A stretch of 60,459 bases of DNA, counting the filler. It is 3 parts of 3 records of this genome, joined end to end, with 100 filler letters (N's around TTAATTAATTAA, not from the genome) between each part and the next. Parts side by side here need not be neighbours in the genome. Positions count along the whole stretch, not along the records: positions 30,270 to 60,459 come from DRR723986_10058; 2 more parts are not named here. One strand, given 5' to 3'. A program made the position numbers and the translations under genes. Positions within the stretch are counted from its first letter, which is position 1, and every line of letters begins with the position of its first letter. This document shows positions 49,238 through 58,399 of this stretch, piece after piece. Below the pieces are notes generated by a model. It searched no databases, was not told the DNA's origin, and worked only from the letters and a program-made list of their open reading frames with translations.

Positions 49238-50266
49238 ATGGTCAAGCCAACCGTACACGATATCGCCCGCGAGGCCGGGGTCAGCCTGTCGACCGTCGAC
49301 CGGGTCTTGAACGGGCGTGCGGATGTGCGCCCGAAGAACGCGGAGCGGGTGAAGGAAGCTGTTCGCAAGCTCGGCTATGTGCGCGATACCAATGCGGCCA
49401 ATCTCGCCAGGCAGCGCCAGTACAAATTCGTGTTCGTTCTTCCCGAAGGGCCCAATCATTTCGTCGAAACGCTGGTGGCCGCGGTCGAAGAAGCGTCCGG
49501 TGCGCAGGTGGCAGACCGGACAGACGTCAGCGTGTTGCTGGTCGACGCCGCCGATCCGCACGCGGTTGTCGACAAGCTGAAGACCCTGGACCTGTCCGAA
49601 CTGGACGGCGTTGCCATGATGGTTCCGGAAACACCGCAGGTGCGCGATGCCATCGCGCATATCAAGAGTGCAGGTGTTTATGTCGTCGCGCTGGTGTCTG
49701 ACCTGCCGAACTCGAAATGCCACTATTTTGCAGGTGTCGACAATTTCTCCGCCGGCAAGACCGCAGGGGCGCTGTTGGGCAAGTTCTTGCGCAACGAGAC
49801 CGGCAGCATCCTGGTGGTGACCAATTCCATGGTGGCGCGTGACAGTATCGAGCGCCGCTTCGGTCTGGACGAAGTGCTGTCGCGGGACTTTCCGCAACTG
49901 AAAACCCTGCCGACGATCGAATTCTACGACGATCCGGATCGGATCCATGAAACCCTTGACCACGCGCTCAAGGCACATCCGGAGCTGAAGGCGGTTTATT
50001 CCATGGGGTCGGGCAATGCGGCCATGCTGGATGCATTGCGTGAGCATGGCGTTGCCGGACGGTTTGTGGTGATCGCTCACGATCTGACGCCCGTAACGCG
50101 GCAGGCTCTTGCCGACGGCGAACTTGATGCCGTCATTGCCCAGAATGTCGGTCATCTCGTGCGCAGTGCCCTGCGGGTCTTGCGGGCCAAATGCGACGGC
50201 ACGGACATCTATGAGGCGCAGGAAAAGATCCGGATCGAGATCATCATGCGCGAAAACCTCTATTGA
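49238..50266 (+). CDS. LacI-family transcriptional regulator
   Basis: PTVHDIAREAGVSLSTVDRVLN HTH plus periplasmic-binding-fold sensor; GGGAG RBS. Confidence 0.93.
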   Translation: MVKPTVHDIAREAGVSLSTVDRVLNGRADVRPKNAERVKEAVRKLGYVRDTNAANLARQRQYKFVFVLPEGPNHFVETLVAAVEEASGAQVADRTDVSVLLVDAADPHAVVDKLKTLDLSELDGVAMMVPETPQVRDAIAHIKSAGVYVVALVSDLPNSKCHYFAGVDNFSAGKTAGALLGKFLRNETGSILVVTNSMVARDSIERRFGLDEVLSRDFPQLKTLPTIEFYDDPDRIHETLDHALKAHPELKAVYSMGSGNAAMLDALREHGVAGRFVVIAHDLTPVTRQALADGELDAVIAQNVGHLVRSALRVLRAKCDGTDIYEAQEKIRIEIIMRENLY

Positions 50267-50366
50267 GGCTGGCCGCTCCGGCCAAGAGTTCTGTCCCTTA
50301 AAAATAAGCAATATCAATATCATGCCCTGTGTTGTCGGCATGGTTCAGGTCTGATTGATCTCGAAA

Positions 50367-50413
50367 AGAAAGACGTATGTCAGTTTTTTGATTGACGTGA
50401 CATACGTATGTCA
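50367..50413. promoter_or_regulatory. Tandem LacI-type operators at the ABC operon promoter
   Basis: Perfect 16-bp palindrome TGACATACGTATGTCA (50398-50413) next to TTGACG; second copy ending ACGTATGTCA at 50373-50382. Confidence 0.75.
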
Positions 50414-50491
50414 GATAGCGTGAGCCTGCACTTGGAGGAGTGCTGCGGTCCGGCATGCGCCGGCGCGCGACCATTCGGGAGGACTTCACCC

Positions 50492-51811
50492 ATGAAAACT
50501 GCGAAACTTCTCGCGGCAACCGCCATTGTTGCGGTTAGCGGACTATCTGTTTCCAATGCGCAGGCCGATGAGCTGACGCTGTGCTGGGCGGCCTGGGATC
50601 CGGCCAACGCGCTGGTCGAGCTGTCGAAGGAATTTGAAGCCGAATACGGCCACACCATGAACTTCGAATTCGTGCCCTGGCCGAACTTCGCCGACCGCAT
50701 GCTGAACGAGCTGAACTCCGGCGGCAAACTGTGCGATCTGCTGATCGGCGACAGCCAATGGATCGGCGGCGGCGCGGAAAACGGCCATTACGTCAAGCTG
50801 AACGACTTCTTCGAGAAGGAAGGCATCAGCATGGACGATTTCGCTCCGGCGACCGTCTATGCCTATTCCACCTGGCCCAAGGGCGAGCCGAACTACTATG
50901 CGCTGCCGGCCATGGGCGATGCCAACGGCTGGTTCTATCGCAAGGACTGGTTCGAAATGCCGGACATTCAGGCTGCCTTCAAGGAGAAGCACGGCCGTGA
51001 CCTGGCTCCACCCAAGACGCAAGCTGAGCTTCTGGAAGTCGCACAGTTCTTCCAGGGACGCGAGATCGACGGTCAGACCCGGTACGGCGCGTCCATCTTC
51101 ACCGAGCGCGGCTCGGAAGGCATCACCATGGGCGCGACCAGCGCGCTTTATCCGTTCGGCTTCAAATACGAGATGACGCCGGGCAAATACGACATGGAAG
51201 GTGCGGTCAACTCGCCCGAAGCCGTGGCGGGCCTGGAGTTCTACAAGGAACTCTACAAGACCGGCACGCCCCCGGGCTACACCGACAGCTACATGGAACA
51301 GTCCCTCGATGCCTTCAAGTCGGGGCAGGTGGCCATGGCCATGAACTGGTTCGCCTTCTTCCCCGGCCTTTATGCCGACCCGGATGTGGGCGGCGACAAG
51401 ATCGGCTTCTTCGTCAATCCCGGCCAGAACCGGGAAGCCTCGACGCTCGGCGGGCAGGGTATCTCCGTGGTGGCCTATTCCGACAAGCAGGATGCGGCGC
51501 TTGAGTACATCAAGTGGTTCGCGCAGCCGAGCGTTCAGAAGAAATGGTGGGATCTTGGTGGCTATTCCTGCCATGTCAGCGTCCTCAGCGATCCGAGCTT
51601 CCCGGACAGTGCGCCGTTTGCGTCCGACTTCCTTCTGGCCATGGATAACGTGATGGATTTCTGGCAGGAGCCGGCTTACGCCGAACTGCTGCTGGCGATG
51701 CAAAAACGCCTTCATGACTATGTGGTTGCCGACCAGGGCACCGCACAGGAAGCGCTCGACAAGCTGATCGCCGACTGGACCGAAACCTTCGAGGACGAAG
51801 GCAAACTCTGA
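50492..51811 (+). CDS. Sugar/polyol ABC transporter substrate-binding protein
   Basis: Signal peptide MKTAKLLAATAIVAV..AQA, CUT1-type SBP features; GGGAGG RBS. Confidence 0.9.
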   Translation: MKTAKLLAATAIVAVSGLSVSNAQADELTLCWAAWDPANALVELSKEFEAEYGHTMNFEFVPWPNFADRMLNELNSGGKLCDLLIGDSQWIGGGAENGHYVKLNDFFEKEGISMDDFAPATVYAYSTWPKGEPNYYALPAMGDANGWFYRKDWFEMPDIQAAFKEKHGRDLAPPKTQAELLEVAQFFQGREIDGQTRYGASIFTERGSEGITMGATSALYPFGFKYEMTPGKYDMEGAVNSPEAVAGLEFYKELYKTGTPPGYTDSYMEQSLDAFKSGQVAMAMNWFAFFPGLYADPDVGGDKIGFFVNPGQNREASTLGGQGISVVAYSDKQDAALEYIKWFAQPSVQKKWWDLGGYSCHVSVLSDPSFPDSAPFASDFLLAMDNVMDFWQEPAYAELLLAMQKRLHDYVVADQGTAQEALDKLIADWTETFEDEGKL

Positions 51812-51823
51812 CGGCTCCAGGTG

Positions 51824-51856
51824 AACCCTGACGATGCCAATGCGCTTGTCAGGGTT
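51824..51856 (+). other. Intercistronic stem-loop after the SBP gene
   Basis: AACCCTGAC..GTCAGGGTT inverted repeat. Confidence 0.5.
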
Positions 51857-52012
51857 TGACCTGCCCTTGTCTCAGTGGATGGCCGGTCTTTTGGCGGCCA
51901 TATCCTGATCCTGCCTCTGCGGACGGCCCGCCTTCTGGCGGGCTGTCTCACCCTGAAAGACCGGCCGTCCCGGCCCGTGCTTTCCGGAACCGTTTCTCAA
52001 GAAGAGCGTCTC

Positions 52013-52960
52013 ATGTCCGACACCCCGATAGACCGAGTAGCAAAGGCAACGCCGCCCACCGTTGCCGCGAAAATCCGAGGGCTTTCCGACCGTACGATTG
52101 CCTGGCTTTTTGTCGCTCCGACAATTTTCCTGCTGCTTGCGGTCAATATCTTCCCGCTGATCTGGACGATCAATCTCAGTTTCACGAATTTCCGGGCCAA
52201 TCGGCCCAACCGCGATGTCGAATACATCGGCCTGCGCAATTACGAGCGCATCCTGACCGATGGCGACATCTGGCTGACCATGCAGGCGACCGCGCATTTC
52301 CTGTTCTGGACCATCGTCCTGCAGGTGCTGATCGGTTTCACCCTGGCCTGGCTGATCAACCGGAAATTCAAGGGCAACGATCTGTGGACCACCCTGATCG
52401 TGCTGCCGATGATGTTGTCGCCGGCCGTTGTCGGCAATTTCTGGACCTTTCTCTACCAGCCGCAGATCGGTCTCTTCAATTACGGTGTGTCCTTCTTCAC
52501 CGGGGTCGATCCGGCATCCTTCCAGATGATCGGCGACGTGGCGCTCGCGCCCTGGGCCATCGTGATCGTCGATACCTGGATGTGGACCCCCTTCGTGATG
52601 CTCATCTGTCTGGCAGGCCTGCGATCGATACCGGACTATATCTACGAGGCCGCGGAAATCGATCGGGCCAGCAAGTGGCGCCAGTTCTGGACGATCACTG
52701 TGCCCATGGTGCTGCCCTTCCTCATGCTGGCAGTCCTGTTCCGCGGCATCGAGAACTTCAAGATGTTCGATCTTGTGGTGCAGCTCACGGGCGGTGGCCC
52801 CGGCTCCGTGACCGAGCTCACCTCCATCAACCTGAAGCGTGAAGCCTTCGAGAAGTGGCGTACCGGCTATGCCTCCGCCTATGCGATCGTCCTGTTCGTG
52901 ACTGTCTTCGGCCTCGCCTCGATCTACGTCAAAGCCCTGAACAAGGTGAAGGAAAGATGA
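52013..52960 (+). CDS. Sugar ABC transporter permease
   Basis: EAA loop YEAAEIDRASKWRQFWTIT, six TM. Confidence 0.92.
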   Translation: MSDTPIDRVAKATPPTVAAKIRGLSDRTIAWLFVAPTIFLLLAVNIFPLIWTINLSFTNFRANRPNRDVEYIGLRNYERILTDGDIWLTMQATAHFLFWTIVLQVLIGFTLAWLINRKFKGNDLWTTLIVLPMMLSPAVVGNFWTFLYQPQIGLFNYGVSFFTGVDPASFQMIGDVALAPWAIVIVDTWMWTPFVMLICLAGLRSIPDYIYEAAEIDRASKWRQFWTITVPMVLPFLMLAVLFRGIENFKMFDLVVQLTGGGPGSVTELTSINLKREAFEKWRTGYASAYAIVLFVTVFGLASIYVKALNKVKER

Positions 52961-53898
52961 GCAGCTATTCCATCACAGAACCGTCTTCGCGGCAGAAGTG
53001 GGTGGCCGGGTCGCTGGTCATCGCCTACGCGGTCATCACCCTGCTGCCGCTGGTCTGGATCCTGACGACAGGGTTCAAGTCTCCGGTCGATGCCATCGCC
53101 TATCCTCCGAAGGTGCTCTTCGAGCCGTCTCTGGAAGGCTACGTCAACCTCTTCACCACCCGCACCCGCGTGTCGCCGGAACAGCTTCAGGCCCTGCCGC
53201 CGCCCGCTACTTGGTACGAGGAAATCGTTCGCAACCGCGACATGGTGATCGCGGGCCCCTCCCGCTACGGCGAAAGGTTCCTGAATTCGGTCATCATCGG
53301 ATTTGGCTCCACCTTCCTGTCGGTGTTCCTCGGAACGCTCGCCGCCTATGCCTTTTCAAGGTTCAAGGTGCCGCTGAAGGACGACCTGCTGTTCTTCATC
53401 CTGTCGACAAGAATGATGCCGCCGATCGCGGTCGCGATCCCGATCTTCCTGATGTTCCGCACCCTTGGGCTGTCGGATACGCACCTGGGCATGATCCTGC
53501 TCTATACGGCGGTCAATATCTCGCTTGCGGTCTGGCTGCTGAAGGGCTTCATCGACGAGATCCCGCGAGAATACGAGGAAGCGGCGCTGATCGACGGCTA
53601 CACCCGCTTCCAGGCGTTCTACAAGGTGGTGTTGCCGCAGGCGGCAACGGGCATCGCCTCGACGGCCATCTTCTGCCTTATCTTCTCTTGGAACGAATAT
53701 GCCTTCGCGGTGCTGCTGACCTCCGGCACGGCCCAGACGGCTCCCCCCTTCATTCCGACCATCATCGGCGTCGGCGGCCAGGACTGGCCGGCGGTCGCGG
53801 CAGGGGCAACCCTGTTCCTGGTGCCGGTCATGGTCTTCACCATCCTGCTTCGCAAACATCTCCTGCGCGGCATCACCTTCGGAGCGGTCCGCAAATGA
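52957..53898 (+). CDS. Sugar ABC transporter permease
   Basis: EEAALIDGYT EAA motif, FSWNEY; ATGA overlap. Confidence 0.92.
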   Translation: MSSYSITEPSSRQKWVAGSLVIAYAVITLLPLVWILTTGFKSPVDAIAYPPKVLFEPSLEGYVNLFTTRTRVSPEQLQALPPPATWYEEIVRNRDMVIAGPSRYGERFLNSVIIGFGSTFLSVFLGTLAAYAFSRFKVPLKDDLLFFILSTRMMPPIAVAIPIFLMFRTLGLSDTHLGMILLYTAVNISLAVWLLKGFIDEIPREYEEAALIDGYTRFQAFYKVVLPQAATGIASTAIFCLIFSWNEYAFAVLLTSGTAQTAPPFIPTIIGVGGQDWPAVAAGATLFLVPVMVFTILLRKHLLRGITFGAVRK

Positions 53899-54086
53899 TC
53901 AGCGATTTCATGAGCGGCCTCGTTCGCCTGCGCCGCGGGTCCTGGGAAATGCTCGCATCCCTTCTGATCGCCATTGGTGTGATCATGCTGATGCAGCCGG
54001 TCTTCCTGTGGGCCTACACCTATTCCTTCATCGTCACGCTGACCGGAACAGTCATGTTCATCATCGTCAGCCACTTTCCGGAGTGA
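53895..54086 (+). CDS. Small two-TM membrane protein (63 aa) inside the ABC operon
   Basis: MISDFMSGLVRLRRGSWEMLASLLIAIGVIMLMQPVFLWAYTYSFIVTLTGTVMFIIVSHFPE; ATGA overlap and fills the gap exactly. Confidence 0.75.
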   Translation: MISDFMSGLVRLRRGSWEMLASLLIAIGVIMLMQPVFLWAYTYSFIVTLTGTVMFIIVSHFPE

Positions 54087-54091
54087 CTGTC

Positions 54092-55189
54092 TTGGCAGAG
54101 ATCGTAATCAGAAACCTTCGGAAGGAATTCGGCGATTTCACTGCCGTGCAGTCGTCTTCCTTCAAGATCGAGGACGGTGAGTTCTTCATGCTGCTCGGCC
54201 CGTCCGGCTGCGGCAAGACCACCACCTTGCGCATGATTGCCGGGCTGGAGCTGCCGACGTCGGGCGAGATCTATATCGACGGCGAGGAGGTCGGCCAACG
54301 GCCTGCGAGCCAGCGCGATATCGCCTTCGTCTTCCAGATGTTCGCCCTCTACCCGCACATGAATGTGCGCAAGAACATCTCCTATCCGCTGGTCAGCCAG
54401 GGCATGCCGAAACATCAGGTTGCCGAGAAAGTGGCGGAAGTTGCCCGCATTCTCGGGATCGAGAAGATCCTCGACCGGCCGGTGGGCGGGCTTTCCGGCG
54501 GCGACCGCCAGCGCGTCGCGCTCGGCAGGGCCATCGTCCGGGATCCGAAAGCCTTCATGATGGACGAGCCGCTCGGTGCGCTCGATGCGGAGTTCCGCGA
54601 GCATATGGCCGAGGAGCTGCGGGCGCTGCATGACCGCATGGGCGCCACCACTGTCTATGTCACCCACGACCAGCTGGAAGCCATGCAGATGGGCGACAAG
54701 ATCGTGGTCATGAACCATGGCGTCATCGAGCAGTTCGGCACGCCGCAGGATATCTACGACAAGCCGGCAACCATGTTCGTTGCCGACTTCATCGGCTCGC
54801 CGCCGATGAACTTCCTGCGCTTTCACGGCGAGATCCATGCGGGCGCATCCAAGGTGATGATGCATCACGAGGAGCTGGACGTACCGCGGCTGATGGAACC
54901 CTTTGAAGGTGACATGGTCTTCGGCATCCGTCCGGAGCACATCAGGCTCAACGACAGCGGATCCTACCGGGGCGAGGTTCTGGCCGCCGAATATCTCGGC
55001 ACCACGCAGATCGTCACGTTGAAGACCGCCTCCGGTGAGCTGAAGGCCCGCATTCCCTCAGACCAGCCTGTTCGTGCTGGTGAATTTGTCGGCCTCGAAT
55101 TCAACGGGTCAACGGTGACGCTGTTCGACAATCAGTCGGGGCGGGCGCTGCGGTCGGAACTGAACGAGGGAGTGCTTGCTCATGGCTGA
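54092..55189 (+). CDS. Sugar ABC transporter ATP-binding protein
   Basis: GPSGCGKTT, LSGGDRQR, MMDEPL, YVTHDQ; TTG start after GGAG. Confidence 0.93.
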   Translation: MAEIVIRNLRKEFGDFTAVQSSSFKIEDGEFFMLLGPSGCGKTTTLRMIAGLELPTSGEIYIDGEEVGQRPASQRDIAFVFQMFALYPHMNVRKNISYPLVSQGMPKHQVAEKVAEVARILGIEKILDRPVGGLSGGDRQRVALGRAIVRDPKAFMMDEPLGALDAEFREHMAEELRALHDRMGATTVYVTHDQLEAMQMGDKIVVMNHGVIEQFGTPQDIYDKPATMFVADFIGSPPMNFLRFHGEIHAGASKVMMHHEELDVPRLMEPFEGDMVFGIRPEHIRLNDSGSYRGEVLAAEYLGTTQIVTLKTASGELKARIPSDQPVRAGEFVGLEFNGSTVTLFDNQSGRALRSELNEGVLAHG

Positions 55190-56177
55190 AGTCAGGCTCT
55201 CAGGCCTCACCAAGCGGTTCGGCCATACGCTCGCTGTCGATGAGGTAAGCATGAACATCCCCAATGGCGCCTTCGTGACGCTGCTGGGGCCGACAGGGGC
55301 CGGAAAGACCACCATCCTGCGTCTGATAGCAGGGCTGGAACAGCCGGACGCGGGCGACGTCGTCATCGCGGGGCGGTCGGTGGTTGGCGACACGCCGGCG
55401 CAGCGCAATGTCGCCATGGTGTTCCAGCAGTATTCGCTCTATCCGCACATGAGCGTGCGGGAGAACCTGGCATTTCCGCTTCGCTCGCCCTTGCTCAAGA
55501 CGCCTGCGGACGAGATCGACCGCAAGGTTGCCGAGGTGGCCGAAGTCTTGCGCATTTCGCACAAGCTTGCCAACAAGGCGACCAACCTTTCCGGCGGCGA
55601 AATGCAGCGGGTGTCCATCGGCAGGGCTCTGGTGCGCGATCCGTCCATCTATCTCATGGATGAACCGCTTTCCTCGCTTGATGCCAAGCTGCGTTCAGAC
55701 CTGCGCATCGAGTTGAAGCGCATCCAGGAAAGCCTGGGGGCGACGTTGCTTTACGTGACCCATGACCAGATCGAAGCCATGACCATGGCAACGCACGTCG
55801 GTGTTCTCGATCATGGCCGCCTGGTGCAATTCGGGTCGCCGCGCGAGATCTACGAGAACCCGGTCAATCTCTATGTCGCCGGGCGTCTCGGCCAGCCACG
55901 CATCAACGTGCTGCCGGCCGATCTTTTCGCCGGTGCGCCGAGCGGTGCCAAGACCATCGGTCTGCGCCCGGAGCATATCGCGCAAGGCGAAGGCAAGGTA
56001 TCGGAAGTTCGCCGTGTCGAACATCTGGGTGATCAGACCCGGCTGCATCTATCTCTGGATGGACATTCCGTCGTAACGCTGTCAGACAGCCACACCGCCC
56101 TGGAACCGGGCGACACTCTCGCCATTCAACCAAGAAATCCGCTTTTCTTCGACGCCAGCGGCGCTCGCATTTCCTGA
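55182..56177 (+). CDS. Second sugar ABC transporter ATP-binding protein
   Basis: GPTGAGKTT, LSGGEMQR, LMDEPL, YVTHDQ. Confidence 0.93.
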   Translation: MAEVRLSGLTKRFGHTLAVDEVSMNIPNGAFVTLLGPTGAGKTTILRLIAGLEQPDAGDVVIAGRSVVGDTPAQRNVAMVFQQYSLYPHMSVRENLAFPLRSPLLKTPADEIDRKVAEVAEVLRISHKLANKATNLSGGEMQRVSIGRALVRDPSIYLMDEPLSSLDAKLRSDLRIELKRIQESLGATLLYVTHDQIEAMTMATHVGVLDHGRLVQFGSPREIYENPVNLYVAGRLGQPRINVLPADLFAGAPSGAKTIGLRPEHIAQGEGKVSEVRRVEHLGDQTRLHLSLDGHSVVTLSDSHTALEPGDTLAIQPRNPLFFDASGARIS

Positions 56178-56188
56178 GGAGACGGGAC

Positions 56189-57835
56189 ATGAAGCAATTC
56201 ATCAATACCAAGGAAACGCTCGTCACCGAAGCGATTGACGGCATGCTGCGCACGGCCGGCGGACGGCTCGCCCGTCTCGACGGCTATCCGCATATCAAGG
56301 TGGTGGTGCGCACCGACTGGGACAAATCCAAGGTGGCGCTTGTCTCCGGTGGCGGCTCTGGTCATGAGCCGAGCCATGCAGGTTTCGTCGGCCAGGGCAT
56401 GCTCACGGCGGCCGTCTGCGGCGAGGTGTTTGCCTCGCCCTCCGTGGATGCGGTGCTGGCGGGCATTCTGGCCGTTACAGGCAAGGCCGGCTGCCTTCTG
56501 ATCGTCAAGAACTACACCGGCGACCGGCTGAATTTCGGTCTTGCGGCCGAGCGGGCCCGCTCCTTCGGACTGAAGGTCAACATGGTGATTGTCGATGACG
56601 ACGTTGCCCTGCCGGACCTGCCGCAGGCGCGCGGTGTCGCCGGTACGCTGTTCGTGCACAAGATCGCCGGAGCGCTCGCCGATCAGGGCGCGGGTCTGGA
56701 GACGATTACCGAGGCGGCGAAGAAAACCATCGGCGGTGCGATCTCGATCGGCATGTCGCTGGACACCTGCACGGTGCCTGGCTCGCCCAAGGAAGACCGG
56801 ATTGCCCATGGCAAGGCGGAACTCGGGCTTGGCATTCACGGCGAGGCGGGGATCGAGCAGGTTGATTATTCGAATGCCCGCGCCGCCATGGCCATGGTGG
56901 TGGACCGGCTTGCACCGAACCTCGCACCCGGACCTCATGTGGCGATCGTGAACAACCTGGGCAGCACGACACCTCTTGAAATGTCGGTGCTTCTGGAAGA
57001 GCTCACGGCCTCGCGCATCGGCAGCCAGATCCGCTGGGTCATCGGCCCCGCGGCGATGATGACCTCGCTCGACATGCATGGGTTCTCCGTGTCGCTGCTA
57101 CCGGTCGGCAAGACGGAAGAAGCCCTGCTGCAGGCGCCGGTCGCACCCTGGGCGTGGCCCGGCTGTCTTGCGCTTGGCGCGGTTTCGGTCCTGCCCCTGC
57201 CGGACGGCCTGACGCCGATCCAGCCGCTGCCGTCCAAGAACCCGGAGACGCGTAAGTTCATCGAACGGTGTTGCGACATCCTGATCGCGGCCGAGGACGA
57301 TCTCAATGCGCTTGATGCCAAATCGGGCGATGGCGACACCGGCAGCACGCTTGCCACCGCGGCCCGGGCGCTGGTGAAGGCACTCGACCGGTTGCCGCTG
57401 GCGGATCTCACTCAGCTTTATCGCGCAATCGGTCTGGAACTCAGCCAGACAATGGGCGGGTCTTCCGGTGTCCTGCTGGCGATCTTCTTTGCCGCTGCCG
57501 GCGATGCGTCCTCCAGCGGCCGTGGGGCCATTGGGGCGTTGAAGGCCGGTCTTGACCGGATCATGCAGGTGGGCGGCGCCCAGCCAGGTGACCGCACCAT
57601 GATCGACGCCCTGCTGCCGGCGCTGAATGCGCTGGAAAACGGTGTCGAGGCGGCTGCTGCCGAAGCCCGTCAGGGCGCGGACGCCACGTCGCGGATCACG
57701 CGGGCGCGCGCGGGCAGGGCATCCTATGTCTCGGAGGCGAGCCTCTCTGGTCACAATGATCCGGGCGCGGAGGCCGTCGCCCGGCTGTTCGAGCAACTGA
57801 CCCTCTCACCGGCCCTTACCTCCAAGTCCGCGTAG
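56189..57835 (+). CDS. dhaK: Fused DhaK-DhaL dihydroxyacetone/triose kinase family protein
   Basis: SGGGSGHEP, VKNYTGDRLNF, GLGIHGE, LDAKSGDGDTG, GDRTMIDAL, GRASY, DPGA. Confidence 0.9.
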   Translation: MKQFINTKETLVTEAIDGMLRTAGGRLARLDGYPHIKVVVRTDWDKSKVALVSGGGSGHEPSHAGFVGQGMLTAAVCGEVFASPSVDAVLAGILAVTGKAGCLLIVKNYTGDRLNFGLAAERARSFGLKVNMVIVDDDVALPDLPQARGVAGTLFVHKIAGALADQGAGLETITEAAKKTIGGAISIGMSLDTCTVPGSPKEDRIAHGKAELGLGIHGEAGIEQVDYSNARAAMAMVVDRLAPNLAPGPHVAIVNNLGSTTPLEMSVLLEELTASRIGSQIRWVIGPAAMMTSLDMHGFSVSLLPVGKTEEALLQAPVAPWAWPGCLALGAVSVLPLPDGLTPIQPLPSKNPETRKFIERCCDILIAAEDDLNALDAKSGDGDTGSTLATAARALVKALDRLPLADLTQLYRAIGLELSQTMGGSSGVLLAIFFAAAGDASSSGRGAIGALKAGLDRIMQVGGAQPGDRTMIDALLPALNALENGVEAAAAEARQGADATSRITRARAGRASYVSEASLSGHNDPGAEAVARLFEQLTLSPALTSKSA

Positions 57836-57846
57836 GCCGGCACCTG

Positions 57847-57883
57847 ACCGGCAGGCCGGGCTTCGAGCCCACGGCCTGCCGGT
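57847..57883 (+). terminator. GC-rich hairpin ending the ABC-kinase operon
   Basis: ACCGGCAGGCCGGGC-TTCGA-GCCCACGGCCTGCCGGT followed by GCTTT. Confidence 0.6.
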
Positions 57884-58302
57884 GCTTTCCCTGATTTTCC
57901 ATTCCATTGAACCAGCCCCTGGTCGAGTGTCCACGCCAATGGTGTTCCGGCGTTCGGATAACCGGCAAGGCCCGGGACATTGCGATCTCCGGCAGGCTTT
58001 CCACAAATTCCCGTTGGCTTGATGCTACCGCCTTGATGCCCTTGCGTTAGGTAAGGTGCCTGTCGTCATGCCGGCTGGCGGGTCTTCCTTTGCAGGAAGT
58101 GGCAGGGTTGATGGTAAAGACGTTTTCTGTCCATTCTTCTCACGGAAACCCTTGCCTTCGGGATTGATCCATCACAAACTCCGGCAAATTTTACGGGATC
58201 TTGTGATGCTTTTTGCGGCTGACCAGAATGTATAACTTTCCGATTGGTCGCCTGCATGCAAAGCTCAAGGCGAAGGGAGTGAACCAGGTCGCCAAATAGA
58301 GC

Positions 58303-58332
58303 TTGAAAAAAGTTATGTAATATAACTATTAT
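58303..58332 (+). promoter_or_regulatory. Candidate sigma-70 promoter with overlapping AT-rich operator for the TRAP operon
   Basis: TTGAAA..TATTAT flanking the dyad AGTTAT-GTAAT-ATAACT (58311-58327). Confidence 0.55.
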
Positions 58333-58399
58333 AGATCATCATCTGATCGGAGGGAGGAATCCGGTCAGGTTTTGAAGTTGATCGAACAGGGAGGAAACC

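Noticed and set aside
52998-53894. 362-aa ORF overlapping the second permease
   Set aside because: Only its last 63 codons (from ATG 53895) look like a real protein; the rest is an off-frame overlap
57884-58300. Possible sRNA or small gene in the long gap before dctP
   Set aside because: The short ORFs lack RBS or motifs and no recognisable RNA family or terminator was found
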